A stretch of 64,000 nucleotides of DNA from Candidatus Freyarchaeum deiterrae (GTDB lineage Archaea; Asgardarchaeota; Jordiarchaeia; Jordiarchaeales; Jordiarchaeaceae). The notes under the pieces were generated by a model. That model had not been told where the DNA came from. It saw only the letters and a program-made list of their open reading frames with translations, and made no database searches. The stretch's first letter is position 1. The number at the start of each line of letters is the position of its first letter. The position numbers were made by a program, and so were the translations under genes. Shown piece after piece: positions 37,773-47,997 of this stretch. The stretch is taken from contig CP147778.1 of assembly GCA_037305845.1 (NCBI GenBank), positions 2,592,001-2,656,000 of the forward strand. Direction: 5' to 3'.

Positions 37773-38175
37773 CACAAGTGCTTGGGTAGAATACTTCCTA
37801 GAAACAGAACTTGGAGAGAAACTTGATAACTATCTCAGTTCCCCTGAGCCCAAAAAAGTTTACATCTCCCTGTTCACACTCTCCGAAATTTACTACGTGC
37901 TGTGCAGGGCTGGCGGAGAAAAACTAGCCGAAGAAAGCTTAGAAACTCTAAAAGCCATAAAAGACTTGGTTATAGAAAGATCTGTGGATTTGGCTGGGAA
38001 AGCGGGAAGTCTAAAATGCAAAAGAGCAATATCACTAGCCGACTGCACTTGCATATCCTTGGCAGAAAAATATGGATGTCAGGCTCTCTTCGCTAGGAAA
38101 GAAAGAGAAATAGAAGAGGAAGAGAAGCGGAAACCATTCAAAGTAAAATTGATTTTCCTTGAAGAACAATATTAA
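37741..38175 (+). CDS. vapC: PIN-domain toxin (VapC)
   Basis: AVDTSAW, LSEIYY, ISLADC. Confidence 0.85.
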   Translation: MKSLQGNLAVDTSAWVEYFLETELGEKLDNYLSSPEPKKVYISLFTLSEIYYVLCRAGGEKLAEESLETLKAIKDLVIERSVDLAGKAGSLKCKRAISLADCTCISLAEKYGCQALFARKEREIEEEEKRKPFKVKLIFLEEQY

Positions 38176-38255
38176 TATTCGTAAATGACAATAATTGTTG
38201 TTAGAAGTTAGAAGTTAAGTTCTTTGTATGCAGTTAGAAGCAAGGAGGACTAAAA

Positions 38256-38744
38256 ATTAGCTATCCAAACTACTCCTGGGTTGATCATCCAAAATATAAA
38301 AAATGGCTAAGTGAGTACGTTTCAAACCTATTACAAAAACTGGGCGAAAGAGTTATTGCACTACTTGTTTTCGGTTCAGTCGCCTCCGGAAAAGCTCGAT
38401 TTGACAAGGAGTACCAGAGCGACATAGACCTCCTAGCCGTTATCAAAGACTTACCGGTAGACTACTTCGATAGATCGATGTACAAAATAGGCATAGAAGG
38501 CATGACGGGAATCGGCTTTGATTCCATATGGTACACCCCCGAAGAGATGCCGAAAATCGTGGAGAGGAAACCTCCGTTCATCCTCGACGCTCTGGTACAC
38601 GGAATAATTATTTATGATACCGAGCAATTTATGGAGAAAACAGTTGAGAATCTCAAGGAAGAGCTGAAGAGGAAGGGTGTTAAAGAAACGGAAAAAGCTT
38701 GGGTGTGGCCCACCAAAAAATTCATGGAAGAAATCGAATTCTAA
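38256..38744 (+). CDS. minimal nucleotidyltransferase (MNT) domain protein, apparent ATT start
   Basis: Frame of track ORF 38478-38744 is open upstream to a stop at 38237 and contains VFGSVASG...SDIDLL; GGAGG lies just upstream of ATT 38256. Confidence 0.75.
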   Translation: MSYPNYSWVDHPKYKKWLSEYVSNLLQKLGERVIALLVFGSVASGKARFDKEYQSDIDLLAVIKDLPVDYFDRSMYKIGIEGMTGIGFDSIWYTPEEMPKIVERKPPFILDALVHGIIIYDTEQFMEKTVENLKEELKRKGVKETEKAWVWPTKKFMEEIEF

Positions 38745-38917
38745 AAACACCTTGGCAGAATTTTTTGTGATGAATTGTCAATATATTAGACTCGTTTATT
38801 TTCCGCCCGACGTTCTAACGATTTTTTTCACGAAAACTTAATATGCTTTTAAATTGGAGCGTTCACTGTCTGGAATTAAGCGTTTTATTTTGAGAAACCA
38901 TTCCACCATTCTTCATA

Positions 38918-40126
38918 ATGGAAATTAAGGAAGTTGAGGTAATGGGTCCGCTTGATGGTATTAAGGTATTGGATTTGACTCGTCTTTTACCCGGTGATTA
39001 TTGTACCCTGCTTCTAGCCGATCTGGGCGCGGAAGTGCTTAAGGTAGAGGAACCGGTAGTCGGAGACTATGTTCGCTGGTATCCTCCCATGGTTGGGCAG
39101 GAGAGTGCGATGCATCATCTTTTGAACCGGAATAAGAAGAGTATTACTCTTGACCTTAGGAATGATAGGGCGAGAGAAATCCTGTACAAGCTAGTCAACG
39201 AGTATGATATTCTTATTGAGAGCTTTAGGCCGGGAGTTACGAAAAAACTGGGTATCGACTATGAAATACTGGAGGATATAAATCCCAAGTTGGTGTACCT
39301 TTCACTCACCGGTTATGGTCAGAGTGGTCCCTACAGGGATTTGCCGGGGCATGACATTAACTATATTGGACTCGCGGGGATACTAGGAATCACGGGTGAG
39401 CGTAATGGGCCGCCGGTGATACCCGGTGTACAGGTAGCGGATCTTTCGGGCGGTATGTTTGCAGCTTTCTCGGTTCTCAGTGGAATAATTTCTCGTGATA
39501 GAACGGGCAGAGGGCAGTACATTGATTTTGCTATGCTTGATGGTGTGATTTCATGGCTCACGGTTCACGCCTCGACGTACTTCGCAGGAAACGTTAATCC
39601 TAAAAGGGGTGAGATGCCTCTATCTGGAGCTTTGCCGGTTTACAATGTTTACGAAACTAAGGACGGCAAATATCTTTCTGTGGGCTGCTTGGAGGATAAG
39701 TTCTGGAAAAACCTGTTTAAAGCCATTGGAAGGGAGGATATCCCAAATATTGATGTGTCTTTCCAGAATCTGCGTTTTGACATGTTGGATGAGGTTACCG
39801 CGGAGCTGAGAAAAATTTTTCTTACAAAAACTAGGGATGAGTGGGTGAAACTTTTCTGGGAGCAAGAGGTTATTGCGGGTCCAGTTTACACTTTTGAGGA
39901 GACCTTTAAAGATCCACAAGTTAAGGCGAGAAAGATGATTGTGGAACTTGACCACCCGGAAGTTGGCAAGCTTAAACAGACCGGTATTCCTGTCAAGTTC
40001 TCAAAGACTCCTGGCGAAATTCGAATGCGTGCACCCCACTTGGGGGAAAACACTGAAGAAATTCTCCTAAGTCTAGGTTACAGTGAGGAGGAAATAAAAC
40101 AGTTAAAAAATGAAAAGGCTGTTTAG
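38918..40126 (+). CDS. CaiB/BaiF family III CoA-transferase
   Basis: PLDGIKVLDLT, DLGAEV, NRNKKS, FRPGV, GHDINY, QVADLSGG, APHLGEN. Confidence 0.95.
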   Translation: MEIKEVEVMGPLDGIKVLDLTRLLPGDYCTLLLADLGAEVLKVEEPVVGDYVRWYPPMVGQESAMHHLLNRNKKSITLDLRNDRAREILYKLVNEYDILIESFRPGVTKKLGIDYEILEDINPKLVYLSLTGYGQSGPYRDLPGHDINYIGLAGILGITGERNGPPVIPGVQVADLSGGMFAAFSVLSGIISRDRTGRGQYIDFAMLDGVISWLTVHASTYFAGNVNPKRGEMPLSGALPVYNVYETKDGKYLSVGCLEDKFWKNLFKAIGREDIPNIDVSFQNLRFDMLDEVTAELRKIFLTKTRDEWVKLFWEQEVIAGPVYTFEETFKDPQVKARKMIVELDHPEVGKLKQTGIPVKFSKTPGEIRMRAPHLGENTEEILLSLGYSEEEIKQLKNEKAV

Positions 40127-40240
40127 TCTAAACTTTTCAAAGAATTCATAAGTCTGTAATACTGTCGTACACTCCTTAAACTTAACAATTACCACGCGTT
40201 ATTAGTGGTTTACTAATAGGAACACGGTTTTGACGGAGGT

Positions 40241-41692
40241 TTGTTGTTGAGTTCAACGATAGTGGAGCAGCTTAATCCGCTTTTCCATGCGAAATCAACT
40301 GCTATTATCGGTTTGTCCAAAAAGATTTTTAGTGTCGGTGCCATGGTCGCTCAGAACATAATCGATGGGGGGTACACTGGAAACTTTTACGCTGTGAATT
40401 CCCATTCAGATACGGTTTACCATGATATGAAGGCTTATCCCTCTTTGAAGGAGATTCCTGAGGAGGTGGATTTAGCCGTTATTGTTACACCCGCAAATAC
40501 TGTACCCGAAATAATGCAGGAGTGTGTTGACAATAATGTTAAAACAGGTATTCTAATTACCGCGGGATTCTCCGAGCTAAGGAATTCCGAAGGAAAACAA
40601 CTCGAGGAGGAAATACTAAGAATAGCCAGAAGCGGCAAGCTACGCTTTACGGGAGGTAACTGTAACGGGGTGAGCAGTGCTTCAGTAAGTTTGCATGCTC
40701 TTCTCTCTCCCATAAGACCGAACTTCGGAAACGTGGGAATACTCAGTCAGGGCGGCTCCCCCGGTGTAGCTATGATAAGCTGGGCAAACAGGTTCCGGAT
40801 CGGAATAAGTCTATACACGAACGCTGGAGACGAGGCGAATCTCAAGATACCGGAGCTGCTTGAGTATTATACTCACGACCCTCAAACCAAGGTCATCATG
40901 ATGTACCTGGAGGGCATCAAAGACGGACGCAGCTTAATGAACTCTGCCAAGGTAACTACCAAGAAAAAACCTCTCCTAATCTACAAAGGGGGAACAAGCG
41001 AATTAGGCAAAAAAGCAGCCATGGCACACGTGGGAGCTCTCGGAGGGTCGAACGCAGTATGCGAAGCCGCTTTCCGACAAATAGGTGTAATCCAAGCTAA
41101 AAGCATCGACCAGATGGTGGGAATAGCCGCAGCCTTCAGCACACAGCCCCTACCCAAGGGTAAAAAAGTGGGAATAATGACCATAGGAGGAGGGCTAGGA
41201 GTGGTGACCAGCGATTACCTGGGAGAAGAGGGAATAGAGATTCCACCTCTTCTAGAAAGCGAAGTTGAACACTTGGATCAATTTTTGCCTCCGCACTGGA
41301 GTAAAGCGAACCCCGTTGATACCACTGATGGAGCTATTGACGCCAGAGTTTTCAGCGAAATCACGGAAACACTCCTGAAAAAAGAAAATATAGATGGCAT
41401 AATACTGATAGGACTGGGCATGAGAGAAGCTTTCGGAAAGCTCCACTATCTTCCAGAATTAGGTGATCTCGTATCTCAAGAGGAGGTTCGCACAGCTCAA
41501 GAACTGGAAAAATTAATGGATAAGTACCAGAAACCCATACTAGCAGTAAAAATATACGCTGCAGAGGACAGTCCTACGGTCGCAGAACTCAGGCAGCGTG
41601 GAATCCCCGTGTATGAAACCCCACAGGATGGCGCAGCAGCCTATAATTCACTAGTAAAATACTACGATTACCAGAAAAATAACCTAAAGTGA
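40241..41692 (+). CDS. ADP-forming acyl-CoA synthetase alpha subunit
   Basis: CoA-binding domain, GGNCNG, SQGG, YLEG, AHVGAL (phospho-His), NPVD. Confidence 0.9.
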   Translation: MLLSSTIVEQLNPLFHAKSTAIIGLSKKIFSVGAMVAQNIIDGGYTGNFYAVNSHSDTVYHDMKAYPSLKEIPEEVDLAVIVTPANTVPEIMQECVDNNVKTGILITAGFSELRNSEGKQLEEEILRIARSGKLRFTGGNCNGVSSASVSLHALLSPIRPNFGNVGILSQGGSPGVAMISWANRFRIGISLYTNAGDEANLKIPELLEYYTHDPQTKVIMMYLEGIKDGRSLMNSAKVTTKKKPLLIYKGGTSELGKKAAMAHVGALGGSNAVCEAAFRQIGVIQAKSIDQMVGIAAAFSTQPLPKGKKVGIMTIGGGLGVVTSDYLGEEGIEIPPLLESEVEHLDQFLPPHWSKANPVDTTDGAIDARVFSEITETLLKKENIDGIILIGLGMREAFGKLHYLPELGDLVSQEEVRTAQELEKLMDKYQKPILAVKIYAAEDSPTVAELRQRGIPVYETPQDGAAAYNSLVKYYDYQKNNLK

Positions 41693-41774
41693 TTATTTTT
41701 TTATTATTATGTATCTTAACGTCTTGAAAAATCATAAATAGGGAATTACCTATAATTGGTTACAGTGATGGAGG

Positions 41775-41999
41775 ATGTTAGTTAAATTCGAGGTTTATAA
41801 TGACGGCGAATACTGGTGTGCTCGTGGTATCGGGGTGGATATTTTCACTCAGGGTAAGACACTGGATGAACTCATGGGAAACGTAAAGGAGGCAGTTGAA
41901 CTTCATTTTGACGAGGTGTTATCCTCAGGGGTGGACATACAGATATTGTCGATATTCGAGTTTGAGGTGCGCTCACTTGCCGAAGCTGCCGGTAGTTAG
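41775..41999 (+). CDS. hicB: HicB-family antitoxin
   Basis: IFTQGKTLDELMGNVKEAVELH. Confidence 0.85.
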   Translation: MLVKFEVYNDGEYWCARGIGVDIFTQGKTLDELMGNVKEAVELHFDEVLSSGVDIQILSIFEFEVRSLAEAAGS

Positions 42000-42225
42000 C
42001 GGAGAAAAACTGGTAAAACTGTTAAGGAAGATGGGATACGAGGTAATCCGGCAAAGAGGTAGCCATATAGTACTACGAAAAATAACGGAAGGGGGAGAAC
42101 ATAACATTACTATACCTAATCACCATGAGATCGCAAAAGGAACACTTAACGACATATTATCAAAGGTATCAATATGGAATAATATATCGAAGGATAATTT
42201 GATTGATATGCTTAAGAAAATTTAA
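41977..42225 (+). CDS. hicA: HicA-family toxin
   Basis: TTG start LPKLPVVSG; RQRGSH; IPNH.EIAKGTL. Confidence 0.88.
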   Translation: MPKLPVVSGEKLVKLLRKMGYEVIRQRGSHIVLRKITEGGEHNITIPNHHEIAKGTLNDILSKVSIWNNISKDNLIDMLKKI

Positions 42226-42425
42226 ATTTAAAAGAACAAAAAGTAAGAGCGGTAAGAAGTCACTATAACTAAATCAGCGCTCTACAAGATTTGACTCTGG
42301 AAATACAGATTGGACTTCCTTTTTAGATAAAAGAGTATTCAATCAAGAGTGGTTTCTGTATGCTAAATACCTACTTTTATTATACTTTATATATGAGAGG
42401 TGAGTCTGGGGCTTCAGGGTAATGG

Positions 42426-42968
42426 TTATTTCCTTGCTCCTTTCTGGACTGGTGCTTGCTTCAATTTTTTCTTTAGGGCTTCTATGGCTCCGCCTTCTTT
42501 TATGATTTCCATGAGGAAATCTGGGAGTTTCGTTCCTTGGAACTCTTCGTGGGTTCTGAGGTTTCTGATTATTCCTTCTTCGAGTTCGATTTCTATAGTG
42601 TCTCCTTCCTCGAATTTTTGTGTGGCGTCTTTGCACTCTATGAGCGGTATTCCGAGATTTATGGCGTTTCTGTAGAATATTCTCGCGTAGAAATCTGCAA
42701 CTATGGCGCTTACTCCTAGTCTTTTTAGGACATAGGGGGCTTCCTCTCGGCTTGAGCCGCATCCGAAGTTTTTGCCAGCGACGATAATGTCTCCCGGCTT
42801 CACATTTTTCGCGAATCTGGGGTTAACCATCTCCATGGCGTGGCTTGCCAGTTTGTCCTGGTCTCTTATGGTTAGGTAGGGGCCGGCGATAATTACGTCA
42901 GTATCAATATTGTCTCCGAATTTCCAAACCTTTCCTCGAATAACTTTGCTCATAAACATTCTCTCCAT
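42426..42968 (-). CDS. leuD: 3-isopropylmalate dehydratase / homoaconitase small subunit (LeuD/HacB type; substrate not resolved)
   Basis: GDNIDTD, NFGCGSSRE, ARIFYRNAINLG. Confidence 0.92.
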   Translation of the reverse strand: MERMFMSKVIRGKVWKFGDNIDTDVIIAGPYLTIRDQDKLASHAMEMVNPRFAKNVKPGDIIVAGKNFGCGSSREEAPYVLKRLGVSAIVADFYARIFYRNAINLGIPLIECKDATQKFEEGDTIEIELEEGIIRNLRTHEEFQGTKLPDFLMEIIKEGGAIEALKKKLKQAPVQKGARK

Positions 42969-43003
42969 TAGTTTAACTTCATAAATTTGCTTTTCCGTTA
43001 TTA

Positions 43004-44308
43004 TTATTGTGCTTGTTGTTTAACTTTTCTGGGGTCGGTTATTTCGCCCTTTACTGCTGAGGCGGCGACTGTTAGTGGGGATGCTAGGTAAACCTTGCTG
43101 TCTTTGCTGCCCATTCTTCCTATGAAGTTTCTGTTTGAGGAGGATATACAGACCTCTCCGGGTCCCAGTAAGCCGGAGCTTCCTCCGATACAGGGTCCAC
43201 AGTGTGGGTTGCAGATCACGTTTCCTGCGTCCATGAATATGTCTAGGAGTCCTTCGTGCATCGCTTGGGTGTAGACTTCTCGGGAGGCGGGAATAACTAT
43301 TCCTTTTACTTCTCTGGGAATTTTTTTGCCTTTCATAATTTTTGCTGCTGCCCTTAGGTCTTCTATTCTGCCGTTTGTGCATGAGCCTAGGAATGCTTGG
43401 TTTATTTTGATTCCCTCGACTTCTGAGACTGGAACCGAGTCTCCGGGGCTGGGGGGCATTGCTACTTGGGGTTCGAGGTTGGATACGTCCATTTTTATGA
43501 CTTCTTCGAAGTCGGCGTCTGGGTCGTTTTTCACCACTTTGAATTTTTCCTCTGTTCGAGACTTGACCCACTCGACGGTTTTTTCGTCGGGTTCAATTAT
43601 TCCAGCCTTGGCTCCAGCTTCTATAGCCATGTTGCTCAGGGTGAATCTTCCGTCAACACTCAATTCTCGGACAGCTTCTCCAGCGTATTCCATGGTTTTG
43701 TAGGTGGCTCCTTCCACTCCTATGTCTCCTATTATCCTGAGAATGATGTCTTTGCCCATAATGCATCTCGGAATTTTGCCCGAAATCTCAAACTTCATGG
43801 TGGCTGGAACCTTAAACCACAACTCTCCAGTAGCGAGAACCATAGCCATATCAGTGGAACCTATACCGGTACTGAAGGCTCCGAGGGCACCATAAGTCGT
43901 GGTATGAGAGTCGCTCCCAACAATGAGGTCTCCTGGCTTTACGAAGCCCATCTGGGGGAACACCACATGGCAGATTCCCTCACGCATCCCTAGCCAGTTA
44001 TCAATATTGTACTTGTCCACAAATTCCTGGCACTTCTGATGGATAATAGCCTCATCCACTGTTCCCGCAGGAGTCCAGTGGTCTATTAGTGCCACTACCC
44101 GATTCGCGTCCCACACATGATCCAAGCCCAGTTCATCGTAAATCTGGGCGATGCGCAGTCCGGTCAACCCTTAGCATGAGGAGGGCTGATTTCCGAGCAT
44201 CTCGTGTACCATGACGCGGTCAATCGTGGCGTTTACAATGTCTCCGGGCTCAACCTTCTTGTTTCCGGAGTGGCTAGCCAAAATCTTCTCCGAAATTGTC
44301 ATTCCCAT
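43004..44308 (-). CDS. leuC: 3-isopropylmalate dehydratase / homoaconitase large subunit (LeuC/HacA type), interrupted by a 33-nt insert at 44158-44190
   Basis: True start ATG 44308 ([11 protein letters not shown]) is in frame with the track ORF but separated from it by TAA at 44173-44171. DH, GICH, DSHT, GSCTNGR, CGPC and SNRNF motifs are intact. Confidence 0.9.
44158..44190 (-). other. candidate bulge-helix-bulge mRNA intron (33 nt)
   Basis: 4-bp helix UCGG/CCGG, 3-nt bulges AAA and ACU, 8-bp intron stem UCAGCCCU/AGGGUUGA; canonical cleavage removes the stop and keeps the frame. Confidence 0.7.
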
Positions 44309-44446
44309 AAATCAAATCCTCCAAAAGATAACAATCCAATCAATTACCTACAACACTACTACTCCAATCATAATAATTTTGCATTGAGAACAAGTAACTT
44401 ATTCCCGCATGCTTTTTTTATTTTTTCATCATAGCTCCAAATTCTC

Positions 44447-45574
44447 TTAAGATTTTTCAATTTTTTGCACTACTGCGTCTCCAACCTCTGAGGTGGTACT
44501 CGGGGTTATACCGCTGTACTTTCCGTAGCATAAATCTGGTGTTCTAATACTCTCCTCACTCAGAACGCTGGCGACGGCTTCTTCTATTTTAGCGGCTGCT
44601 CTTTCGCACGCTTTATCATTGTGCTTTAGAGCTAACCATTCGAGCATCATTTTTCCGGAAAGGATGGAACCTATTGGGTTCGCTTTGTTTTGACCCGCTA
44701 TATCGGGTGCGCTGCCGTGAACTGGTTCAAACATCCCGTGTTTCTCACCGATATTCCCGCTGGGAGCCATACCCATTCCACCGATTAGTACTGAGGAAAG
44801 GTCGGATAGTACATCGCCCATGAAATTCGATGTCACCACTACATCATAATGTTCAGGTGTTCTAATCATCCACTGGGTCATGGCGTCAACGAACACGTAG
44901 TCTCTCTGAACCTTCCCATAGCTTCCTGCTACTTCGTCGTAAATTTTTCTGAAGAATCTGCATCCGTCCAACACGTTGCTCTTATCAACGCAGGTCACAC
45001 GATTCTTACCGTCGCTGGGGGCACCGTTACGCCTCAGGCATAATTCAAAAGCGTAACGAATAATCCGTTCAGCTCCCTTTCGGGTAATCACTCTGACATC
45101 GATAGCAAGTTCATCAAGTCCTCCCCTGCTCAGCATGCCTCTGATGGGTACGTAAAGCCCCTCGGTGTTCTCCCTGACCACCATGAAGTCCACATCTTTG
45201 GGACCCTTGTCCAGAATTCGAGACTCAATTCCCTCGAACAACTTGGCGGGTCTTAAATTAACATAGAGATCCAAATCAAACCTCATACCCAGCAAAATGT
45301 CTATACCCGCAAGAACACCGTTAGGCTTGACTGCTCCGGGGTACCCTATGGCTCCGAAAAGAATAGCGTCGTTATTCTTGCAGGCCTCCCAGGCTTCGTC
45401 AGGCCACTCCTTTCCACTCTCCAGGTAGTACTTGCCGCCGCACGGGTACTCCTCAAAATCGTAATCAAAACCGGTGACCGCGTCTCGGGCAGCCTCCAGA
45501 ACCTTGACGGTTTCCGGAACAACTTCTCTGCCTACTCCATCACCGGGAAGAACCACAATCTTGTATGCCCTCAT
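44447..45574 (-). CDS. isocitrate/isopropylmalate dehydrogenase family (LeuB/AksF/tartrate dehydrogenase-like)
   Basis: Likely start MRAYKIVVLPGDGVG; NLRP, RENTEG, VDKSNV, GDVLSD, FEPVHGSAPDIAG. Confidence 0.93.
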   Translation of the reverse strand: MRAYKIVVLPGDGVGREVVPETVKVLEAARDAVTGFDYDFEEYPCGGKYYLESGKEWPDEAWEACKNNDAILFGAIGYPGAVKPNGVLAGIDILLGMRFDLDLYVNLRPAKLFEGIESRILDKGPKDVDFMVVRENTEGLYVPIRGMLSRGGLDELAIDVRVITRKGAERIIRYAFELCLRRNGAPSDGKNRVTCVDKSNVLDGCRFFRKIYDEVAGSYGKVQRDYVFVDAMTQWMIRTPEHYDVVVTSNFMGDVLSDLSSVLIGGMGMAPSGNIGEKHGMFEPVHGSAPDIAGQNKANPIGSILSGKMMLEWLALKHNDKACERAAAKIEEAVASVLSEESIRTPDLCYGKYSGITPSTTSEVGDAVVQKIEKS

Positions 45575-45710
45575 CAAAATTATTCCTCCGTAGGGAAGGA
45601 AACGAAATCGTTGACATATAAGCGTTATGTTCAACTGATTTTAACCTTAATCCTAAAAACCGGGGACGCTCAATAAATTATTCCTGACGGGAAGGTTGAA
45701 CATTGCATGA

Positions 45711-46643
45711 TTAATTAGAACTACTTTTCTGGAGGAGGGAGTATCCTTCCAGTTTGTTTCCTTCGATTATGTTAGCCATGCGTAGAACGTTAATCGCTCT
45801 GCGGGTTTCAATACTGTTGACCTTCTCAATCTTCTTGCTGCAGGTCTCCCAAATCTTCAACTCGTCAACTCTCTCATTTTTAGACAGAAGTTCAGAAATG
45901 CACAACATACAGAATAGCACAGTTTCAAAGGACTTGACCCTTTGGGTGACATCAACTCCCTTATGGGTCAGTTTGTGATAAATGTGGAACATATTCTGGG
46001 GAGCGGGCTCGGGACCTGCGTATTCCACCACCCCCAACCTCATGAGTTCTGACATCCGTGAATAAATGGAACTCTCCTTCTGTCCCTTAACTCGAGCAAT
46101 GTCCGCGGGAGAAATCGGCTTCTTACCCATAATCTTAACAATTTTTTTCAGGTAACCGGGCAACTGGTCGAAATCCAGCTTAACATCGTTCCTGAGTTTG
46201 TAGTGAATCTTAACTGTTTTCACAAGCCCCATCTCTCGGAGCTTCTCCAACTGGGACCAACCAGTACGCCTACTAACACCCAAAAAACGCATCAGCTGCA
46301 TATTGGTCTTAGGGTTCTCCAATGCTAACAGGTAGCGCAGCTTACCATACAATTTTAAACAATCAATATCACCAAACAAGTCCATAGCCAAAAAACCGAG
46401 CGGAGTCAAAACAAAATCACCATTAGCTGCCGCTATAAATCCCGATTTAGTAAGGGGCTCCAGATACCTTTTCTGAAACTTGGAGGCAAAATCGCGCTCA
46501 AAGCCAAGCCTCTCCATTAAGGTGTTAGAGTTCAGTCTCTTATTCTCAAAGAGTAAATTCATTAACGCTTGGCGATTCTTGCTTGCCAATGCCCCTATGG
46601 CTTTTTCTACTCCAGCTCGTTCAACGCTCAACGAATTCACCAT
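45711..46643 (-). CDS. multi-winged-helix transcriptional regulator
   Basis: Several wHTH repeats (LEPLTKSGFI...LTPLG; LEKLREMGLV; MSELMRLGVV...LTHKG). Confidence 0.7.
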   Translation of the reverse strand: MVNSLSVERAGVEKAIGALASKNRQALMNLLFENKRLNSNTLMERLGFERDFASKFQKRYLEPLTKSGFIAAANGDFVLTPLGFLAMDLFGDIDCLKLYGKLRYLLALENPKTNMQLMRFLGVSRRTGWSQLEKLREMGLVKTVKIHYKLRNDVKLDFDQLPGYLKKIVKIMGKKPISPADIARVKGQKESSIYSRMSELMRLGVVEYAGPEPAPQNMFHIYHKLTHKGVDVTQRVKSFETVLFCMLCISELLSKNERVDELKIWETCSKKIEKVNSIETRRAINVLRMANIIEGNKLEGYSLLQKSSSN

Positions 46644-46716
46644 CTAAATAATAAACAGGAAAATTACTACAGAAAAATGATAAATAAAGAAAGGAAAAAA
46701 GTGGGGAAATAGTTTA

Positions 46717-47985
46717 CTAAAGCAATGAATTCAGGAGCTCAATTAGCTCATAGATTTCCAGCTTGCTGCCGCTATCTTTTATGCCGTCTCTAAGGTTGAG
46801 GAAACAGAACGGACACGAGGTGACTATTGCTTCGGCTCCCGTTGCTTCGGCTTCCTTAATTCTCTCTTTCGCAGTTTCTAGAGCTAGCTCTGGGTACTGG
46901 GTTTTGACACCTCCACCCGCACCGCAGCACCAAGTGTTGTCTTTGATTCTGTACATTTCTACGAACTTTATGCCAGGAATTTGGGTAAGTACGTATCTTG
47001 GGAGTTCATACCATGCTTCCTTCTCTTTCTCTATTGCTCTGGTATCTACTAGCCAGTTCTTGCTCTGCTCTAACCGTGTCTTCTCTATGTTGTCTGCGAT
47101 GTGTCTCGTTAGGTGGCAGGGGTCGTGCCAGGTGACTGTCTTGTTGAACTCCTTCGTTATTTTGAGTTTTCCTTGTTTCATCAAGTCTGCTACATACTCT
47201 ACTGTGTGTACGGGTTTGAAGGGTAGTGGTTTTCCCGAGTATTTCGGATAGTCTACCTTAATTGTTCTGTAACATCCGGCGCAGCTGAAAACTACTGTTT
47301 TGTATTTGCTGAATGTTTTAATATTCTGCTCCATAACTCTAGTTGCATCATCGAGCTGTCCGGTTCTGAACAGTGGTGAGCCGCAGCATACTTCATCTTC
47401 TAGTATGGCTATTGGTTCTCCAATTTTGCTAAACAGACTTGCCGTTGCTTCGGCTACGTTTTTGATTCTGTAAGAGCCGGTACATCCCACGAAGTAGGCG
47501 GTTTTAGCGGTTTGAGTCTTCTTTCCCTTGAACCAACTGGTTCTTGTTGCGTGTGGTTCATTGTATGGGTTGTTCTTCTCCTTTATGCTTTTGGCTAGCC
47601 CCGCAGTCTTCGGTGCTAGTTCTACACCTTTTTCTACCAGTGTAGCTCTTAGGGCTTCAATAACATCGACGGTAGGAATCTTGTTTTCACATTGTGCTGC
47701 GCAGTTTCCGCAGGTGGTGCACTGGTATATTATGTCTCTCATTGCTTCATCCGGTACCAGGTCCTCTTCTAAAACGGCTCTAGCCATCCACATTTTCCCA
47801 GAGTTGTAAAAGCCTTCCCACTGCTTGCTCTTTCCAGCTGGGCACCCTGTTACTATACCCTCATAGAGGGTGCCTTCATGCTCACCTATGCCTTCTTTGT
47901 CCGGTTCACCCGAAAACGCGAATCTGCAAGCTCCACAGTGAATGCATCGGTAGATTTGTTTTTTCATACTTTCTAATCTTTCCAT
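46717..47985 (-). CDS. Fe-S oxidoreductase with CCG domains (GlcF/HdrD-like)
   Basis: CIHCGAC, CTTCGNC...C, VCCG, HDPCH, WCCGAGGG, SCPFC. Confidence 0.9.
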   Translation of the reverse strand: MERLESMKKQIYRCIHCGACRFAFSGEPDKEGIGEHEGTLYEGIVTGCPAGKSKQWEGFYNSGKMWMARAVLEEDLVPDEAMRDIIYQCTTCGNCAAQCENKIPTVDVIEALRATLVEKGVELAPKTAGLAKSIKEKNNPYNEPHATRTSWFKGKKTQTAKTAYFVGCTGSYRIKNVAEATASLFSKIGEPIAILEDEVCCGSPLFRTGQLDDATRVMEQNIKTFSKYKTVVFSCAGCYRTIKVDYPKYSGKPLPFKPVHTVEYVADLMKQGKLKITKEFNKTVTWHDPCHLTRHIADNIEKTRLEQSKNWLVDTRAIEKEKEAWYELPRYVLTQIPGIKFVEMYRIKDNTWCCGAGGGVKTQYPELALETAKERIKEAEATGAEAIVTSCPFCFLNLRDGIKDSGSKLEIYELIELLNSLL

Positions 47986-47997
47986 TTTATTAACCTC

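Noticed and set aside
43004-44167. Track ORF starting at TTG 44167 as the complete large subunit
   Set aside because: It omits the conserved N-terminus (T.SEKIL...VMVHE) encoded in frame from ATG 44308. Stop recoding is also unlikely, since the stop is TAA and 11 extra codons would remain.
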